A DNA stretch of 64,000 bases from Spirochaetia bacterium. GTDB taxonomy: Bacteria; Spirochaetota; Spirochaetia; SZUA-6; Bin103. Where the stretch lies: contig CBDAOI010000004.1 of NCBI GenBank assembly GCA_965198005.1, positions 2,240,001-2,304,000 on the forward strand, written 5' to 3'. Under the pieces are notes generated by a model. The model was not told where the DNA came from. It saw nothing but the letters and a program-made list of their open reading frames with translations, and did no database searches. How positions within the stretch are numbered: position 1 is the first letter of the stretch; every line of letters begins with the position of its first letter. Shown here piece after piece: positions 20,661-31,191 of this stretch. The position numbers and the translations under genes are program-made.

Positions 20661-21866
20661 ATGGTTGACGCGGCACTCCGAAAACGCGCCGAGCGCGTGA
20701 TCCCCGGCGGCATGTACGGCCACATGTCAGTTTATCGGAAGATGCCGGCGGGCTATCCCCAGTTCTATCACCGGGCCGACGGCTGCCGCCTCTGGGACGT
20801 GGACGGCAACGAGTACATCGACTTCATGTGCGCCTTTGGCCCGATGATCGCCGGCTACGGCAACCCGCGGATCGCCGCGGCTGCCGGCGCGCAGCGGGAC
20901 CTGCTGGACATCGCCAACGGCCCGCCGCCGGCCATGGTCGACCTGGCTGAACGCTTCGTGCGCCAGGTAAGCCACGCCGACTGGGCAATCTTCGCGAAGA
21001 ACGGCAACGATGCCACCACCGTGTGCAACATGGTGGCCCGCGCCAGGAGTGAGAAGCGAAACATCCTGGTCGCGACCGGCGCGTACCACGGCGCACAGCC
21101 GTGGGCGAATCGGATGTCGCGCGGAACGCCGGAAGAGGACCACGCGTTGTTTCCGCAGTACACCTACAACGACGTCGACAGCCTGACCGCGGCTGCCGCG
21201 GCGGTCTCGGGAGACCTCGCGGGCATCGTGGTCTCGGCGTTCAAGCACGACGCCGGCTACCACCAGGAGCTCCCCGACCCCGCCTTCGCCCGCCAGGCGC
21301 GCGCGATCTGCGACGCCGAGGGTGCAGCGCTCATCCTGGATGATGTCCGCGCCGGACTGCGCCTGTCCCTGGATGCAAGCTGGTCGTTGCTGGGAATCCA
21401 GCCTGACCTCTCGGCCTGGGGGAAGGCGATCGCCAACGGCGAGCCGCTGGCGGCCATCCTCGGCAGCGAGCCCTACCGCGAAGTGGCCGCGTCCATCTTC
21501 GTGACGGGATCGCTCTGGTACCAGGGGGCGCCGCTGGCGGCGGCCAGCGAGACGCTCGAGCTGCTTGCCGAGGTGGACGCTCCGGCCCTGCTGGAGCGCA
21601 GGGGTCAACTGTTCCGCGACGGCCTCGCGGAGCAGTCCACCCGTTACGGCCACGCGCTCCGCCAGACCGGCCCCCCGCAGATGCCCACCGTCATGTTCGA
21701 GGACGACCCGAAGCGGGAGAAGGGCATGGCGTTCTGCACCCACGCCCTGAACAACGGCGTCTACCTGCACCCGTGGCACAACATGTTCCTGTCGATCGCG
21801 CACACCGAAGCCGACCTCGAGCAGGCGCTGACCGCAACCGCGAAGGCGTTCCAGGCTCTCGGATAG
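20661..21866 (+). CDS. Class III PLP aminotransferase (glutamate-1-semialdehyde aminomutase-like)
   Basis: LWDVDGNEYIDF, KNG.DA, YHG, LILDDV..G.R, WGKAIANG. Confidence 0.88.
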   Translation: MVDAALRKRAERVIPGGMYGHMSVYRKMPAGYPQFYHRADGCRLWDVDGNEYIDFMCAFGPMIAGYGNPRIAAAAGAQRDLLDIANGPPPAMVDLAERFVRQVSHADWAIFAKNGNDATTVCNMVARARSEKRNILVATGAYHGAQPWANRMSRGTPEEDHALFPQYTYNDVDSLTAAAAAVSGDLAGIVVSAFKHDAGYHQELPDPAFARQARAICDAEGAALILDDVRAGLRLSLDASWSLLGIQPDLSAWGKAIANGEPLAAILGSEPYREVAASIFVTGSLWYQGAPLAAASETLELLAEVDAPALLERRGQLFRDGLAEQSTRYGHALRQTGPPQMPTVMFEDDPKREKGMAFCTHALNNGVYLHPWHNMFLSIAHTEADLEQALTATAKAFQALG

Positions 21867-21873
21867 CTCTTGC

Positions 21874-21976
21874 GACCGTAACGCCGGTCGGCCAACGGCG
21901 CGGCTGGTCAGCCCAGGGACAGGGTCTCCGGCACGAACAGTTCCTCCGCGGCAACCGCCTGCGGTATCGCGTTCTG
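21874..21976 (-). pseudogene. 3' end fragment of a PhtC-like (4,5-dihydroxyphthalate decarboxylase-like) gene
   Basis: QNAIPQAVAAEELFVPETLSLG*; paralogous to ~29100-29206. Confidence 0.55.
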
Positions 21977-22040
21977 CGAAGGTTCCACACGCCGCTTGAC
22001 GGCTGTTGCGGCGTCGGCTATGGAGCAGCCGGCCGCGGCC

Positions 22041-23741
22041 ATGGAGAAGGAGATGGTGCTCGACCCGACCACCGGCGAGATGGTCACCGCCCCGGAGTAC
22101 GGCGGGACAATAACCTTCGTCGTCAAGCTGGAGCCGCCGAGTGCCGACCCCTTGTTCGGCAGCGGGGCGTCACGGGGACCCGATGGCGTCACCGAGAAGC
22201 TGGGCATCGTCAACTGGGGAATCGACCGGGAGGTGTACGACCTCACCGGTGCGTTCTTCTACTTCCGGCTGTCGGTCCTGACCGGCCGGCTGGCGGAAAG
22301 CTGGGAAACGCCTGACGCCACCACCGCCATCTTCAACATTCGCCGGGGCGTTCACTGGCACGACAAGGCGCCGATGAACGGTCGCGAGTTGACGGCCGGG
22401 GACGTCGAATTCAACTTTCACCGCATGTCGGGCAGTGGCAGCGGCTTCACCGAGCCTCCCGGAGGCTACGCCGCCATTTTTGCCACCCTGCCGTTCGCAT
22501 CAATCGAAGCCACCGACGACCACACGGTCGTAATGACCCTGTCGGAACCAAGGCTCGGGTGGGTATCGTCGGTCCTGGTCGACTGGGCGGCGCACGTCAT
22601 GCCCCCGGAGGTGATCAGGGAACACGGCGACGTGAAGGACTGGAGGAACCTGGTGGGTACCGGGCCTTTCATGATGACGGACTGGGTGGACGGCAGCTCG
22701 CAGACCTGGGTCAGAAGTCCGGACTACTGGGGCTTCGACGAGAAATTCCCCGAGAACCGCTTGCCCTATTTCGATGAAGTGCACGGCCTGATCATGAAGG
22801 AAGACGCTACCATTCTGGCCGCACTGCGTTCGGGCACGTTGGACTACGTCGGTTTGGTTGGCGCCGCCGAGATGATCTATACGGCCCAGAAAGAGAGTCT
22901 CGAGCAGTCCAACCCCGACATGCTGTTTTACCCGTACGCGGGTCGCTCGGAGAATGCCATGACGTACAACATGGGCGATGACCAGCCGTACGCCACGGAC
23001 GTCCGGGTGCGCCGGGCGTTGCAGATGGCGCTCGACCTCGAGACGATGCACGATACCTACTTCAAAGGAGCATCCTTCTGGGTACCTCAGGGCACGGTCG
23101 GCAACGCCATCGGCGGGGTCCCATTTGACGAGTGGCCCGAAGAGGTCCGGAAGGGATACATGTATGACCCGGAAGGGGCCGAGGCGCTGCTTGACGAGGC
23201 GGGGTTGCCGCGCGGCGCCGACGGCACCAGATTCGAAATCGCGCTGCAACACTACGAGTTCTTCGACGTGGACTACGCGCAATTGGCCGTCGCCTACTGG
23301 AAGGAGATCGGCGTTGACGTACAGATCGACGTGACGGAACGCAGTGAACACTTGGCCCGTATCCGGGAACGTGGGTTCGAGGGAATGGTCAGCGCGATTT
23401 CCGCCATTTCGTATCTGTCCCCGCTGGTGGCGATCGGCTCCAATTATTCGCAGTCGGCATGGAACCCTCCCGGCCTCGACGACCCGGAGTTCGACCGCCT
23501 GTATGAAGCCGCCCGCGACGCCGCCACCGAGGAGGAGCAGATACGGATGGCCAACCTGGCAGACATGTGGCTGACGGAGAATCACATACGCGTATGGGGG
23601 CCTACCGCTCCCAAGTTCAACGCGGTCCAGCCGTGGCTCAAGGGGTACAACGGTGAATCAATGCTGGGGGGCGATGACCGGTTGGTTCTGTTCTCTCGCC
23701 TCTGGTTCGACCATGCCCTGATGGAGGAAATGGGTCAGTAG
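22041..23741 (+). CDS. Family-5 SBP (SBP2) lacking leader and signal peptide
   Basis: Promoter remnant at 21996 joined directly to post-signal codons; rest of SBP open. Confidence 0.85.
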   Translation: MEKEMVLDPTTGEMVTAPEYGGTITFVVKLEPPSADPLFGSGASRGPDGVTEKLGIVNWGIDREVYDLTGAFFYFRLSVLTGRLAESWETPDATTAIFNIRRGVHWHDKAPMNGRELTAGDVEFNFHRMSGSGSGFTEPPGGYAAIFATLPFASIEATDDHTVVMTLSEPRLGWVSSVLVDWAAHVMPPEVIREHGDVKDWRNLVGTGPFMMTDWVDGSSQTWVRSPDYWGFDEKFPENRLPYFDEVHGLIMKEDATILAALRSGTLDYVGLVGAAEMIYTAQKESLEQSNPDMLFYPYAGRSENAMTYNMGDDQPYATDVRVRRALQMALDLETMHDTYFKGASFWVPQGTVGNAIGGVPFDEWPEEVRKGYMYDPEGAEALLDEAGLPRGADGTRFEIALQHYEFFDVDYAQLAVAYWKEIGVDVQIDVTERSEHLARIRERGFEGMVSAISAISYLSPLVAIGSNYSQSAWNPPGLDDPEFDRLYEAARDAATEEEQIRMANLADMWLTENHIRVWGPTAPKFNAVQPWLKGYNGESMLGGDDRLVLFSRLWFDHALMEEMGQ

Positions 23742-23793
23742 GGACTACGCAGAGTCGGGAGGCTCAGCTTCCCGGCTCTCTTGGTTGCATCAC

Positions 23794-24749
23794 ATGAGAG
23801 CGTACGTCGTCAGGCGGATACTGCTCATCATTCCCACCCTGTTCCTGCTGAGCATCCTGGTCTTCCTGTCGGCGCGCTTCATTCCCGGCGACATCGTGGA
23901 CACCATGATGGCGTCTGACCAGAACGCCATGTTCGGCGTGGACCGTGAGGCGTTGCTGCGTGCGCTGGGGCTGGACGTGCCGGTCCACGTGCAGTACGGA
24001 CGCTGGCTGGAGGGGATTCTGCTGCGCGGTACCCTCGGCAACTCGCTGCTCGGCGATTGGCCGGTGGAGGAGAAGATCGCGGGCAGGCTCCCGGTCACGC
24101 TCGAGCTCGGCTTCCTGGCGCTCGTGATCGGGCTGGTGCTGGGGGTGCCGATCGGCATCTGGTCGGCGATTCACCAGGATACCACCGTCGACTACGCGGG
24201 CCGTTCGGTCGCCATCCTCGGCTTGGCCACGCCCAACTTCTGGCTCGGAATCATGGTTATGACCTATCCGGTGATCTGGTGGGGTTGGACGCCACGGATG
24301 CAGCTCATTCCGTTCGCCGAGAATCCGCTGGAGAATCTCGAGATGTTCATCATTCCCGGCCTGATTCTCGGTACGGCCCTGTCGGCCGCCACCATGCGGA
24401 TGACGCGCACGATGATGCTGGAGGTGCTGCGCCAGGACTATATCAGGACCGCCTGGTCCAAGGGATTGCGGGAGCGGGTCGTGGTCATCCGGCACGCCGT
24501 CAAGAACGCCCTCATTCCGTCGTGACCCTGATCGGCCTGCAGTTGCCGATCCTGGTCGGCGGCGCCGTCATCATGGAGAATATCTTCAACCTGCCGGGCC
24601 TCGGGCGTCTCATGCTGACCGCGCTCACCGACCGCGACTACCCGGTGATCTCGGGCATCAACCTGTTCTTCGGGACGGTGGTGATCGGGATCAATCTGAT
24701 GATCGACCTGATCTACGGCTACCTGGATCCCCGGGTCCGCTACACCTAG
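23794..24749 (+). CDS. DppB-like permease (B2), 1-bp frameshift near 24519
   Basis: ccgtcgtg versus ccggtcgtg in B3. Confidence 0.88.
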
Positions 24750-24770
24750 CCAGGTATGGGGACCGAGCGT

Positions 24771-25712
24771 ATGGGGGACGCCGCAAGGACACCATCAGCG
24801 GGGCTGGTTCACTTTCTGGTCCGGCTGTGGCGCGAGAAGCCGCTCGGCACCGCCGGCGGCGTGGTCGTGTTGGGCTTGATTCTGGTGGCGATCTTCGCCG
24901 ACGTGCTGGCCCCCTATCCGTTCGATGAAGTGCACCTGAGAGCGCTGCTGAAACCGCCGTCGGCCGAGCATCTGATGGGTACCGACCAGTTGGGGCGCGA
25001 CTTCCTGAGCCGCAACATCCACGGGGCTCGGGTTTCCATGCTCGTGGGCGTGGTCGCGACCAGCCTCAACGTGCTGGTTGCGGTGCTGATCGGCGGCACG
25101 GCCGGATTCTTCGGCGGCAAACTGGACCTGGTGGTGCAGCGGTTTGTCGACGCCTGGATGGCGTTTCCGGGTCTGCTGCTGTTGCTGACGATCATGTCGC
25201 TGGTCGGACAGGGCCTGCTGCAGCTCATCCTGGTGCTGGGCGTCACGGGCGGCGTGGTGGCTTCGCGGCTGGTCCGAAGCGCCGTGATCGCGGTCAAGGA
25301 GAACGACTACCTGCAGGCGGCCACGGCCACCGGCAGCACCCGAATGGGAGCGCTGGTGCGCCACGTGCTGCCCAACGTGGCGGCGCCGATCATCGTCGTG
25401 TTCAGCATCAACATCGGCGCGGTGATCATCAGCGAGGCGTCGCTGAGTTTCCTGGGGTTCGGTCTGTCGCCCGAGATTCCGAGCTGGGGGACGCTGCTGA
25501 GCCGGGACGGCCGCAAGTACATGGAGCAGGCGCCGTGGCTGGCGCTGTGGCCCGGCCTGTGCCTGACCCTCACCGTCTACAGTCTCAACATGTTCGGCGA
25601 CGCGCTGCGCGACCTGCTGGACCCGCGCCTGCGGGGCGGCGGCGGCCGTCTCGGAACCCACCGCGGCCGGCGGTCGCGGCCCAAACCCGGTCGCAGCCGG
25701 TCACGCGGGTGA
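24771..25712 (+). CDS. DppC-like permease (C2)
   Basis: MGTDQLGRD, EASLSFLGFG; near-identical to 34052-34993. Confidence 0.92.
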   Translation: MGDAARTPSAGLVHFLVRLWREKPLGTAGGVVVLGLILVAIFADVLAPYPFDEVHLRALLKPPSAEHLMGTDQLGRDFLSRNIHGARVSMLVGVVATSLNVLVAVLIGGTAGFFGGKLDLVVQRFVDAWMAFPGLLLLLTIMSLVGQGLLQLILVLGVTGGVVASRLVRSAVIAVKENDYLQAATATGSTRMGALVRHVLPNVAAPIIVVFSINIGAVIISEASLSFLGFGLSPEIPSWGTLLSRDGRKYMEQAPWLALWPGLCLTLTVYSLNMFGDALRDLLDPRLRGGGGRLGTHRGRRSRPKPGRSRSRG

Positions 25713-25756
25713 GAGCACCTGGTCGATCCCGACGACGCTAACCAGTCTATCAGCCG

Positions 25757-25785
25757 TTGACATCGACTGACGTGACACATACCAT
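25757..25785 (+). promoter_or_regulatory. Sigma70 promoter of rpn
   Basis: TTGACA-17 bp-TACCAT. Confidence 0.7.
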
Positions 25786-25795
25786 GGCCCAAGCC

Positions 25796-26791
25796 ATGGC
25801 CGGCGAGGTCTCCAAGCCCCACGATCACCTGTTCCGTTCCGTGTTCGGACAGGAAAAGGAAACCGAGGCCGTCAGCTTGCTGCAAGCATACCTGCCGCAG
25901 GCGGTCAGCCGCGAATTGCTGTGGTCGAGCCTCAAGTGGCAGTCGGTGAGCTTCATCGACGACCGCCTGCGCGACAGCGAATCGGACCTGCTGTACGCGA
26001 TCCGGCGCAAGGCCGACGGCGCCGCGGCGTGGCTGTACGTGCTGCTGGAGCACCAGTCGACCCCGGACCCGTGGTTGCGGCTGCGGCTGCTGAAGTACAG
26101 CATCCGGATCTGGGAACGCGATCGGCAGCGGCATCCGAAGGAGGACCGGTTGCGCCCGATCGTGCCGCTGGTTCTGTATCAGGGCGGGCGCGTCTGGCGC
26201 GAAGCGCGCGAGTTTGCGGAACTGTTTGCCGAGGCGGTGCGGGGTTGGCCGGGAGTGCCGCGCTACGCGCATCTGTTGATCGACCAGACGCAGGTGGGAC
26301 CGGAGGAGTTGCGCGGGGAGCTGCTTGGTCGCATCGCGCAACTGGCGATGATGGCGGCGTTCCGGGCGAGTTGGCCGGTGTTGCAGCGGCTGGTGCCGCT
26401 GCTGGCGGAGTTGGCGCAGGTGGGCGGCAGCGAAGACCTGCGGCGGATCGTGGTGTACATTGCGACCACGACGCGGGAACCGGAGCGCTGGCACAGATTC
26501 GCGGAGGCAGTACGGCGACAGGTGCCGGGAGGTGGAGAACTGATGAACAAGACCGAGGAGATGATCGAGATCTACGGCGACATGAGGGAACGTGAAGGAC
26601 GTCAGGAAGGACGTCAGGAAGGACATCAGGAAGGTGAGTTACGCGGCAAGGTGCAAACCATCGACGGACTCGTGGCACGGGATGTCCCCTGGTCCATCAT
26701 CGAAGCGGCCACCGGAATCGACGAGGCCACCTTCGACCGGCTCAAGCACCAACTCGACGCCGCTGACGGCGGCGCCACCCACTCCAACTGA
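25796..26791 (+). CDS. Rpn family recombination-promoting nuclease / YhgA-like protein
   Basis: HDHLFR, SDLLY, LLEHQS, PIVPLVLYQG, C-terminal EGRQEG repeats. Confidence 0.92.
   Translation: MAGEVSKPHDHLFRSVFGQEKETEAVSLLQAYLPQAVSRELLWSSLKWQSVSFIDDRLRDSESDLLYAIRRKADGAAAWLYVLLEHQSTPDPWLRLRLLKYSIRIWERDRQRHPKEDRLRPIVPLVLYQGGRVWREAREFAELFAEAVRGWPGVPRYAHLLIDQTQVGPEELRGELLGRIAQLAMMAAFRASWPVLQRLVPLLAELAQVGGSEDLRRIVVYIATTTREPERWHRFAEAVRRQVPGGGELMNKTEEMIEIYGDMREREGRQEGRQEGHQEGELRGKVQTIDGLVARDVPWSIIEAATGIDEATFDRLKHQLDAADGGATHSN
26543..26791 (+). CDS. Putative internally initiated RpnS antitoxin (82 aa)
   Basis: GGAGGTGGAG RBS just before in-frame ATG. Confidence 0.65.
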   Translation: MNKTEEMIEIYGDMREREGRQEGRQEGHQEGELRGKVQTIDGLVARDVPWSIIEAATGIDEATFDRLKHQLDAADGGATHSN

Positions 26792-26813
26792 ACCACGCCC
26801 CTCGGCGCCCGGT

Positions 26814-26849
26814 GGGCGCGCCCTCGATCACCTCATCTTCTGTGAGCTG
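26814..26849 (+). repeat. 36-bp copy from the AAA_14 gene (18345-18380)
   Basis: 34/36 identical. Confidence 0.85.
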
Positions 26850-27017
26850 GGCCTCACTCTATGGCACACGACCGTGGAAGCGGCACGACGCTGCACTTTC
26901 TCCGGCCCCGCCACGAATGCCCGTTGACCGCACGCCCGGACGCGGTCGGTGGGGATGGGACGAAAGCGGCGCCGACAGGCGATGGTTTCGGGGGCGCTTG
27001 CACGTCAGGAGGCGCCG

Positions 27018-27305
27018 TGAACCGTATGAAGGTCTCCGGAGTGTTGCGCGAACGCTCGATGCCGTAGGGCAAGGGGTCGTCGCCCACGGTCTCCGCCATC
27101 GTCCGCAGCGACCGATCCCCGGCGTCATCGGCGGCGCCGGACCGCAGGCGAGGCAGGTATTGAGACTTGGCTTCGTTGAACAGGCGGAACAGCTCGGTTG
27201 CGAGACCCTCGTTCGACGCCAGCGCGGCGTCCTTCGCCACCAGCAAGTGGCTTATGGGATAGACCCCGGTCTGGCGGTGCCAGGCGTCGTCGGCCTGTTT
27301 GTTGC
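27018..27305 (-). pseudogene. Internal fragment of PhtC-like gene
   Basis: WHRQTGVYPISHLLV...GDDPLPYGIE..R. Confidence 0.6.
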
Positions 27306-27699
27306 GCGACGACACCACATTGGCCGGCGCGACGCCCGCGCGCTCCGTACCGTCTCGGACCGGTTACTCTCCGTGGCCTGCGCGATGCTGCGAGATCGAA
27401 CCCAGTTTGATCCACAGCACCGGTCTGCCCGACCGATTCCAGCCTGATCGCAGGTAGTGCGCCGGGCGAAAGATGGTCGGCGGCGCGGCCGACGCGAAGC
27501 CAGCGGCGCTGGGAATCGGCTCTGACGGGAGTTTCAGGGGGTGCCGGCACCGGAGACGATTGCGAACACCTGCTTCCAGGGTATGGCCGATCCGACGCCG
27601 CGTTGATTACGGACGATCTGTGAGCGCTTGACGCACTGATGGCGCGAGACCGACCGCGCGAGGCGGCTGGAGCGGGGAGGTAACTGGTGCGTGCGCCGG

Positions 27700-28270
27700 T
27701 CCCGCCGTCGGTTATGGAACGCGCAGCGGAGACGCAAGTTGACGATCTCGTCACTGCCGCCCTGCGCCACCGGCACGATGTGGTCGATCTGCAACAGGTG
27801 GGTAGAGCCGCAGGTCACGCCGGTGAGCGGGTCCTGGTAGCAGCAAGCCCCGCCGTCCCTCCGCCACACCGCGCGCCGTACCGCCGCCGGAATGTGCCGC
27901 CGCCTCCAGCGCGCGCGGATTCGGGTGCTGCGGCCCGCGTTGCCGCGCCGCCTCCGGGCAGCCGTGCTCGCACCCCCAGGTGCTGCTCCGCCTGGGTCCG
28001 CGAACCAACGCCGCCTGCCTGCGGCGGCGGCTGGTTCTGCGCCGAACCAGTGATGTCGCGCCGACCCTGCTCGCGGCCCAGGGCCGCTACCCGCTGCGCT
28101 CCCCGGTTCGGCGCCGAACCGACGCCGCGTGTGTCGCCGAGGCCGGCGGCGGCCGGTCCGCCTGCGGGCAAGCCGCCATCGACCGAGCCGGGGGCAGCAG
28201 TACCGGCTGCGGGGGCACCGGCATCCGGACCCGTGGCGACTGAACCGCGGGCAGCCCCGGTCGCGGGCAT
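27700..28270 (-). pseudogene. HNH endonuclease C-terminal remnant
   Basis: VWRRDGGACC..C...QIDHIVPVAQGG...NLRLRC..HN; 5' end replaced by a dppB fragment; boundaries approximate. Confidence 0.75.
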
Positions 28271-28283
28271 ACCCTCGCCAAGC

Positions 28284-28370
28284 TCAGAGACTACCCGATC
28301 GTGTCCGGCGTCAACCTGGTGTTCGCCACCGTGGTGGTGGCGGTCAATCTGGGCACCGACCAGTTGGGCC
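28284..28370 (+). pseudogene. dppB1 3' piece joined to dppC1 piece
   Basis: ~9406-9475 joined to ~9712-9733 at ctgg(t/g)caccgacc. Confidence 0.88.
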
Positions 28371-28461
28371 TCAGACGCCTCAGACGATTGACGTACCAGC
28401 CCACGTACGTACAATACCATGTGCGGAGGTGCAACACTTGCACGTCAGGAGGCGTAAGGGC

Positions 28462-28743
28462 GTGGCGAATGAGCGGATAACGAACTACACGGCGGCGCGT
28501 CAAAACCTCAAGTCGCTGATGGACGCCGTGATCGAAGATCGAGTGCCGGTGATCATCACGCGGACAACGGGCGATCCGGTCGTCATGATGGCCAAGTCCG
28601 AGTACGACGCAACGATGGAGACCTTCCATCTGCTGCGCTCCCCGCGCAACGCGGAGCGTCTGCGCGAGGCAATCGCCGAGGTCGAAGCCGGCAAGGTCGT
28701 CCAGGCCGACGTCGTCGATGGGGCAATCGTAGAGCGCGCGTGA
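28462..28743 (+). CDS. yefM: Phd/YefM antitoxin
   Basis: NYTAARQNLK...ETFHLLRSPRNAERL; promoter TTGACG..TACAAT with GTAC palindromes at ~28388-28416. Confidence 0.9.
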   Translation: MANERITNYTAARQNLKSLMDAVIEDRVPVIITRTTGDPVVMMAKSEYDATMETFHLLRSPRNAERLREAIAEVEAGKVVQADVVDGAIVERA

Positions 28744-29015
28744 AACGGCCAGCCCGCCCGGCGGTCATCGCTTTCTCACGGCAGGCATGGGAAGATTACC
28801 AAGCTTGGGTCCAGCACGACCGAACGGTGGCACGGCGAATCGCACGTCTGATCGAGGAGTGCCTGCGCGACCCGTTCCACGGGATCGGAACCCCGGAGCC
28901 TCTGAAGCATGAGCTCGCCGGCTATTGGTCGCGCCGGATCACGCGGGAACACCGGCTCGTGTACCGAGTCGCGGGCGGTCGGTGCCTGGTCGTCCAGGGT
29001 CGCTACCACTACTGA
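28740..29015 (+). CDS. yoeB: Txe/YoeB toxin
   Basis: AWEDY..W, GIG.PEPLKH.L.GYWSRRI..EHRLVY, RYHY terminus. Confidence 0.92.
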   Translation: MKRPARPAVIAFSRQAWEDYQAWVQHDRTVARRIARLIEECLRDPFHGIGTPEPLKHELAGYWSRRITREHRLVYRVAGGRCLVVQGRYHY

Positions 29016-29026
29016 TGCTGAGACAC

Positions 29027-29390
29027 GAGCCTCGCTGAGCTTCCTCGGGTTCGGGCTGCCTACCACCGTGCCGAGCTGGGGCGGCATGCTCAGAAGCGTG
29101 ACCGCCGCAACGCCGGGCGGCCAAGGGCGTGGGTGGTCAGCCCAGGGACAGGGTCTCCGGCGCGAACAGGTCAGCCGGGGCTATTGCCTGCGGTAGCACG
29201 TTCTGCTCGACGTTGAAGCGTATGAAGGTCCAGAGTCTTGCGCGAACTCTCGACTCCGTAGGGCAAGGGGTCGTCGCCGACCGTCTCCGCCATCTTCCGC
29301 AGCGACCGATCCCAAGCGTCGGCGGCGTCGCCGGACCGCAAGCGGGGCAGGTATCGCGACTTGGCTTCGTCGAACAGGCGGAACAGCTCG
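29027..29390. pseudogene. dppC1 piece (29027-29092,+) followed by PhtC-like 3' fragment (~29100-29390,-)
   Basis: Similar to 10171-10236, and to 21874-21976 plus ~27020-27197. Confidence 0.8.
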
Positions 29391-29435
29391 GCACGCTTGG
29401 TTGCACGCCGTACGCCAATTGGCTATAAACAAGGC

Positions 29436-29759
29436 ATGGCGATCACGCAACTCGTGCGCGAGGCGCGCCGGCGCGCCGGGCTCAGTCAGGCCGAGTTGGC
29501 GCGGCGTGCCGGAGTCGCACAGTCGACGGTGGGGCGGATCGAAAGTGGTCTGCGTGCACCTTCCACCGACCTCGCGGAGCGGCTGGTGCAGGCGGCCGGC
29601 TTCGAAATCAGGGTGGCGCTCGGCGAGCCGGACCCACAGACCGACGCGCTGTTCGAGCGCGCGCTGCGCCGCACCCCCGCCCAGCGGCTGGCGGACGCCA
29701 CCCGCGCGGCCCGCTTCGTGCTGCGCGGACGCCGCGCGCTGAAACGCGAGAGGCGGTGA
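29436..29759 (+). CDS. XRE-family HTH protein (putative antitoxin)
   Basis: GLSQAELARRAGVAQSTVGRIESG; TTGCAC-17-TATAAA 6 bp before ATG. Confidence 0.88.
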   Translation: MAITQLVREARRRAGLSQAELARRAGVAQSTVGRIESGLRAPSTDLAERLVQAAGFEIRVALGEPDPQTDALFERALRRTPAQRLADATRAARFVLRGRRALKRERR

Positions 29760-30268
29760 CGGGCGGCGAATTCGACCCGGTGCGGATGCTCGCCGCGTTG
29801 CGCGAGGCGGGCGTCCAATTCGTGCTGGTCGGCGGCATGGCGGCCATCCTGCACGGCGACGTGGGTGTGACGGTCGATCTGGACGTGGTGCCGGCGCGGG
29901 CCGCGCGCAACCTGGACCGGTTGGCCGCGGCCCTGCGCACGCTCGGGGCGCGCATTCGGGCTGCCGACGTGCCCGCGGGGTTGCCGTTCGACTGCTCCGG
30001 CGGTTTTTTCCGGAATTTCGCGGAGGACGCGATCCTGAACCTCAGCACGCGGGCCGGAGACCTCGACCTCATGTTCCGCCCGAGCGGCACGCAAGGCTAC
30101 GCCGATCTGAAGCGGGCTGCGGTGGAAATCGAAGCGGCGGAGGGCGTGCGCATCCTCGTTGCCTCGCTGGCGGATATCGTTCGTTCCAAGGAAGCCGCCA
30201 ATCGGGAGAAGGATCGCCTCGCCGTGCCGCGGCTCCGCCGACTACGCGACCGGCTGGGACGGGAGTAA
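29756..30268 (+). CDS. Nucleotidyltransferase (putative toxin)
   Basis: VLVGGMAA..HG...TVDLD; SKEAANREKD; GTGA overlap with XRE gene. Confidence 0.8.
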   Translation: MTGGEFDPVRMLAALREAGVQFVLVGGMAAILHGDVGVTVDLDVVPARAARNLDRLAAALRTLGARIRAADVPAGLPFDCSGGFFRNFAEDAILNLSTRAGDLDLMFRPSGTQGYADLKRAAVEIEAAEGVRILVASLADIVRSKEAANREKDRLAVPRLRRLRDRLGRE

Positions 30269-30459
30269 GGCGTCCCCGGCCGGCTGACCGGGGCGACCGC
30301 GCCCGACCAACTGCGCCGTGGGTGCGCCGCAGCCGGCCACGGGGCGATGTGGCACAAGCCGTGGGCCGGCCTGTGCTATACTGGCGAGGGTCGGATGGCA
30401 CCCCCACATCTACTGGTCAAGCATTTTAGTGACAGGACACTAGGTTCTCCCATACCGGC

Positions 30460-30580
30460 GAAGCCTGAGCGACCTCAGGTTCGAGAAGGCACAGGCCGCA
30501 CTCGAGGATGCCCGCGCGAACTTGGAACAGGACCGCCTCGGCACCTCGGTGAACCGCAGCTACCATGCGGCGCTCAACGC
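30460..30580 (+). pseudogene. HEPN-domain N-terminal fragment
   Basis: Manual translation FEKAQAALEDARANLEQDRLGTSVNRSYHAALNA. Confidence 0.55.
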
Positions 30581-30695
30581 TAGCGGCGGTCGACGCGCTG
30601 CGAAGCCGACTTGTCGCGGAGCTATGAGAACCAAAGCTACGCGACCGTAGTGGAGGAGCAGGCGCTGACCCCTGGAACCTCGACGACACGCGCGC

Positions 30696-30818
30696 TTGAC
30701 GGCTGTTGCGGCGTCGCCTATGATGACCGCCTTGGGGTTCCGGCGGATGCAGATGATGCATGTGTGCGTGACTGCATGACGACACGCGCTTGACGGCTGT
30801 TGCCGCTTCGCCTATGAT
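30696..30818 (+). promoter_or_regulatory. Tandemly duplicated sigma70 promoter
   Basis: TTGACG-17-TATGAT at 30696-30724 and 30790-30818; truncated third copy at 21996. Confidence 0.8.
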
Positions 30819-30840
30819 GAGGGCCTTGGAATCGCGACCG

Positions 30841-31191
30841 ATGGGAATGCATGACCACACGTCCCCGCGCAGCCACCCGTTAGCCTCAATGCCGCCGGTA
30901 CGTCTACCGCTCTACCCCCCCCCCCCCCCGAGATCCAAGCATCCGGTAGGGCCTGACCGCTCACCGCGCCGCCTCCACGTCTCCGGCGCCGCCGGCGGCG
31001 GCGCGGCTCCCGTAGACAGCCACGTCCATCGCACCACGCCCGCCCGCGGCGGCGGTCGCGGCACCGTCAGCCCCACGCCCCGGGGCGACCACCTGCACCA
31101 TGCGAACCAGCCGGAGTTTCCGGCCAAGGAACAACAAACACGGGTACCGGGATGCATCCCGAGCCCGAAACCGAGGAGGAGTACACTATGA
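30841..31191 (+). promoter_or_regulatory. Leader ORF with poly-C tract (C15 at 30915-30929), stop overlapping SBP3 start
   Basis: Homologue of 6144-6521; TGA 31189-31191 overlaps ATG 31188. Confidence 0.7.
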
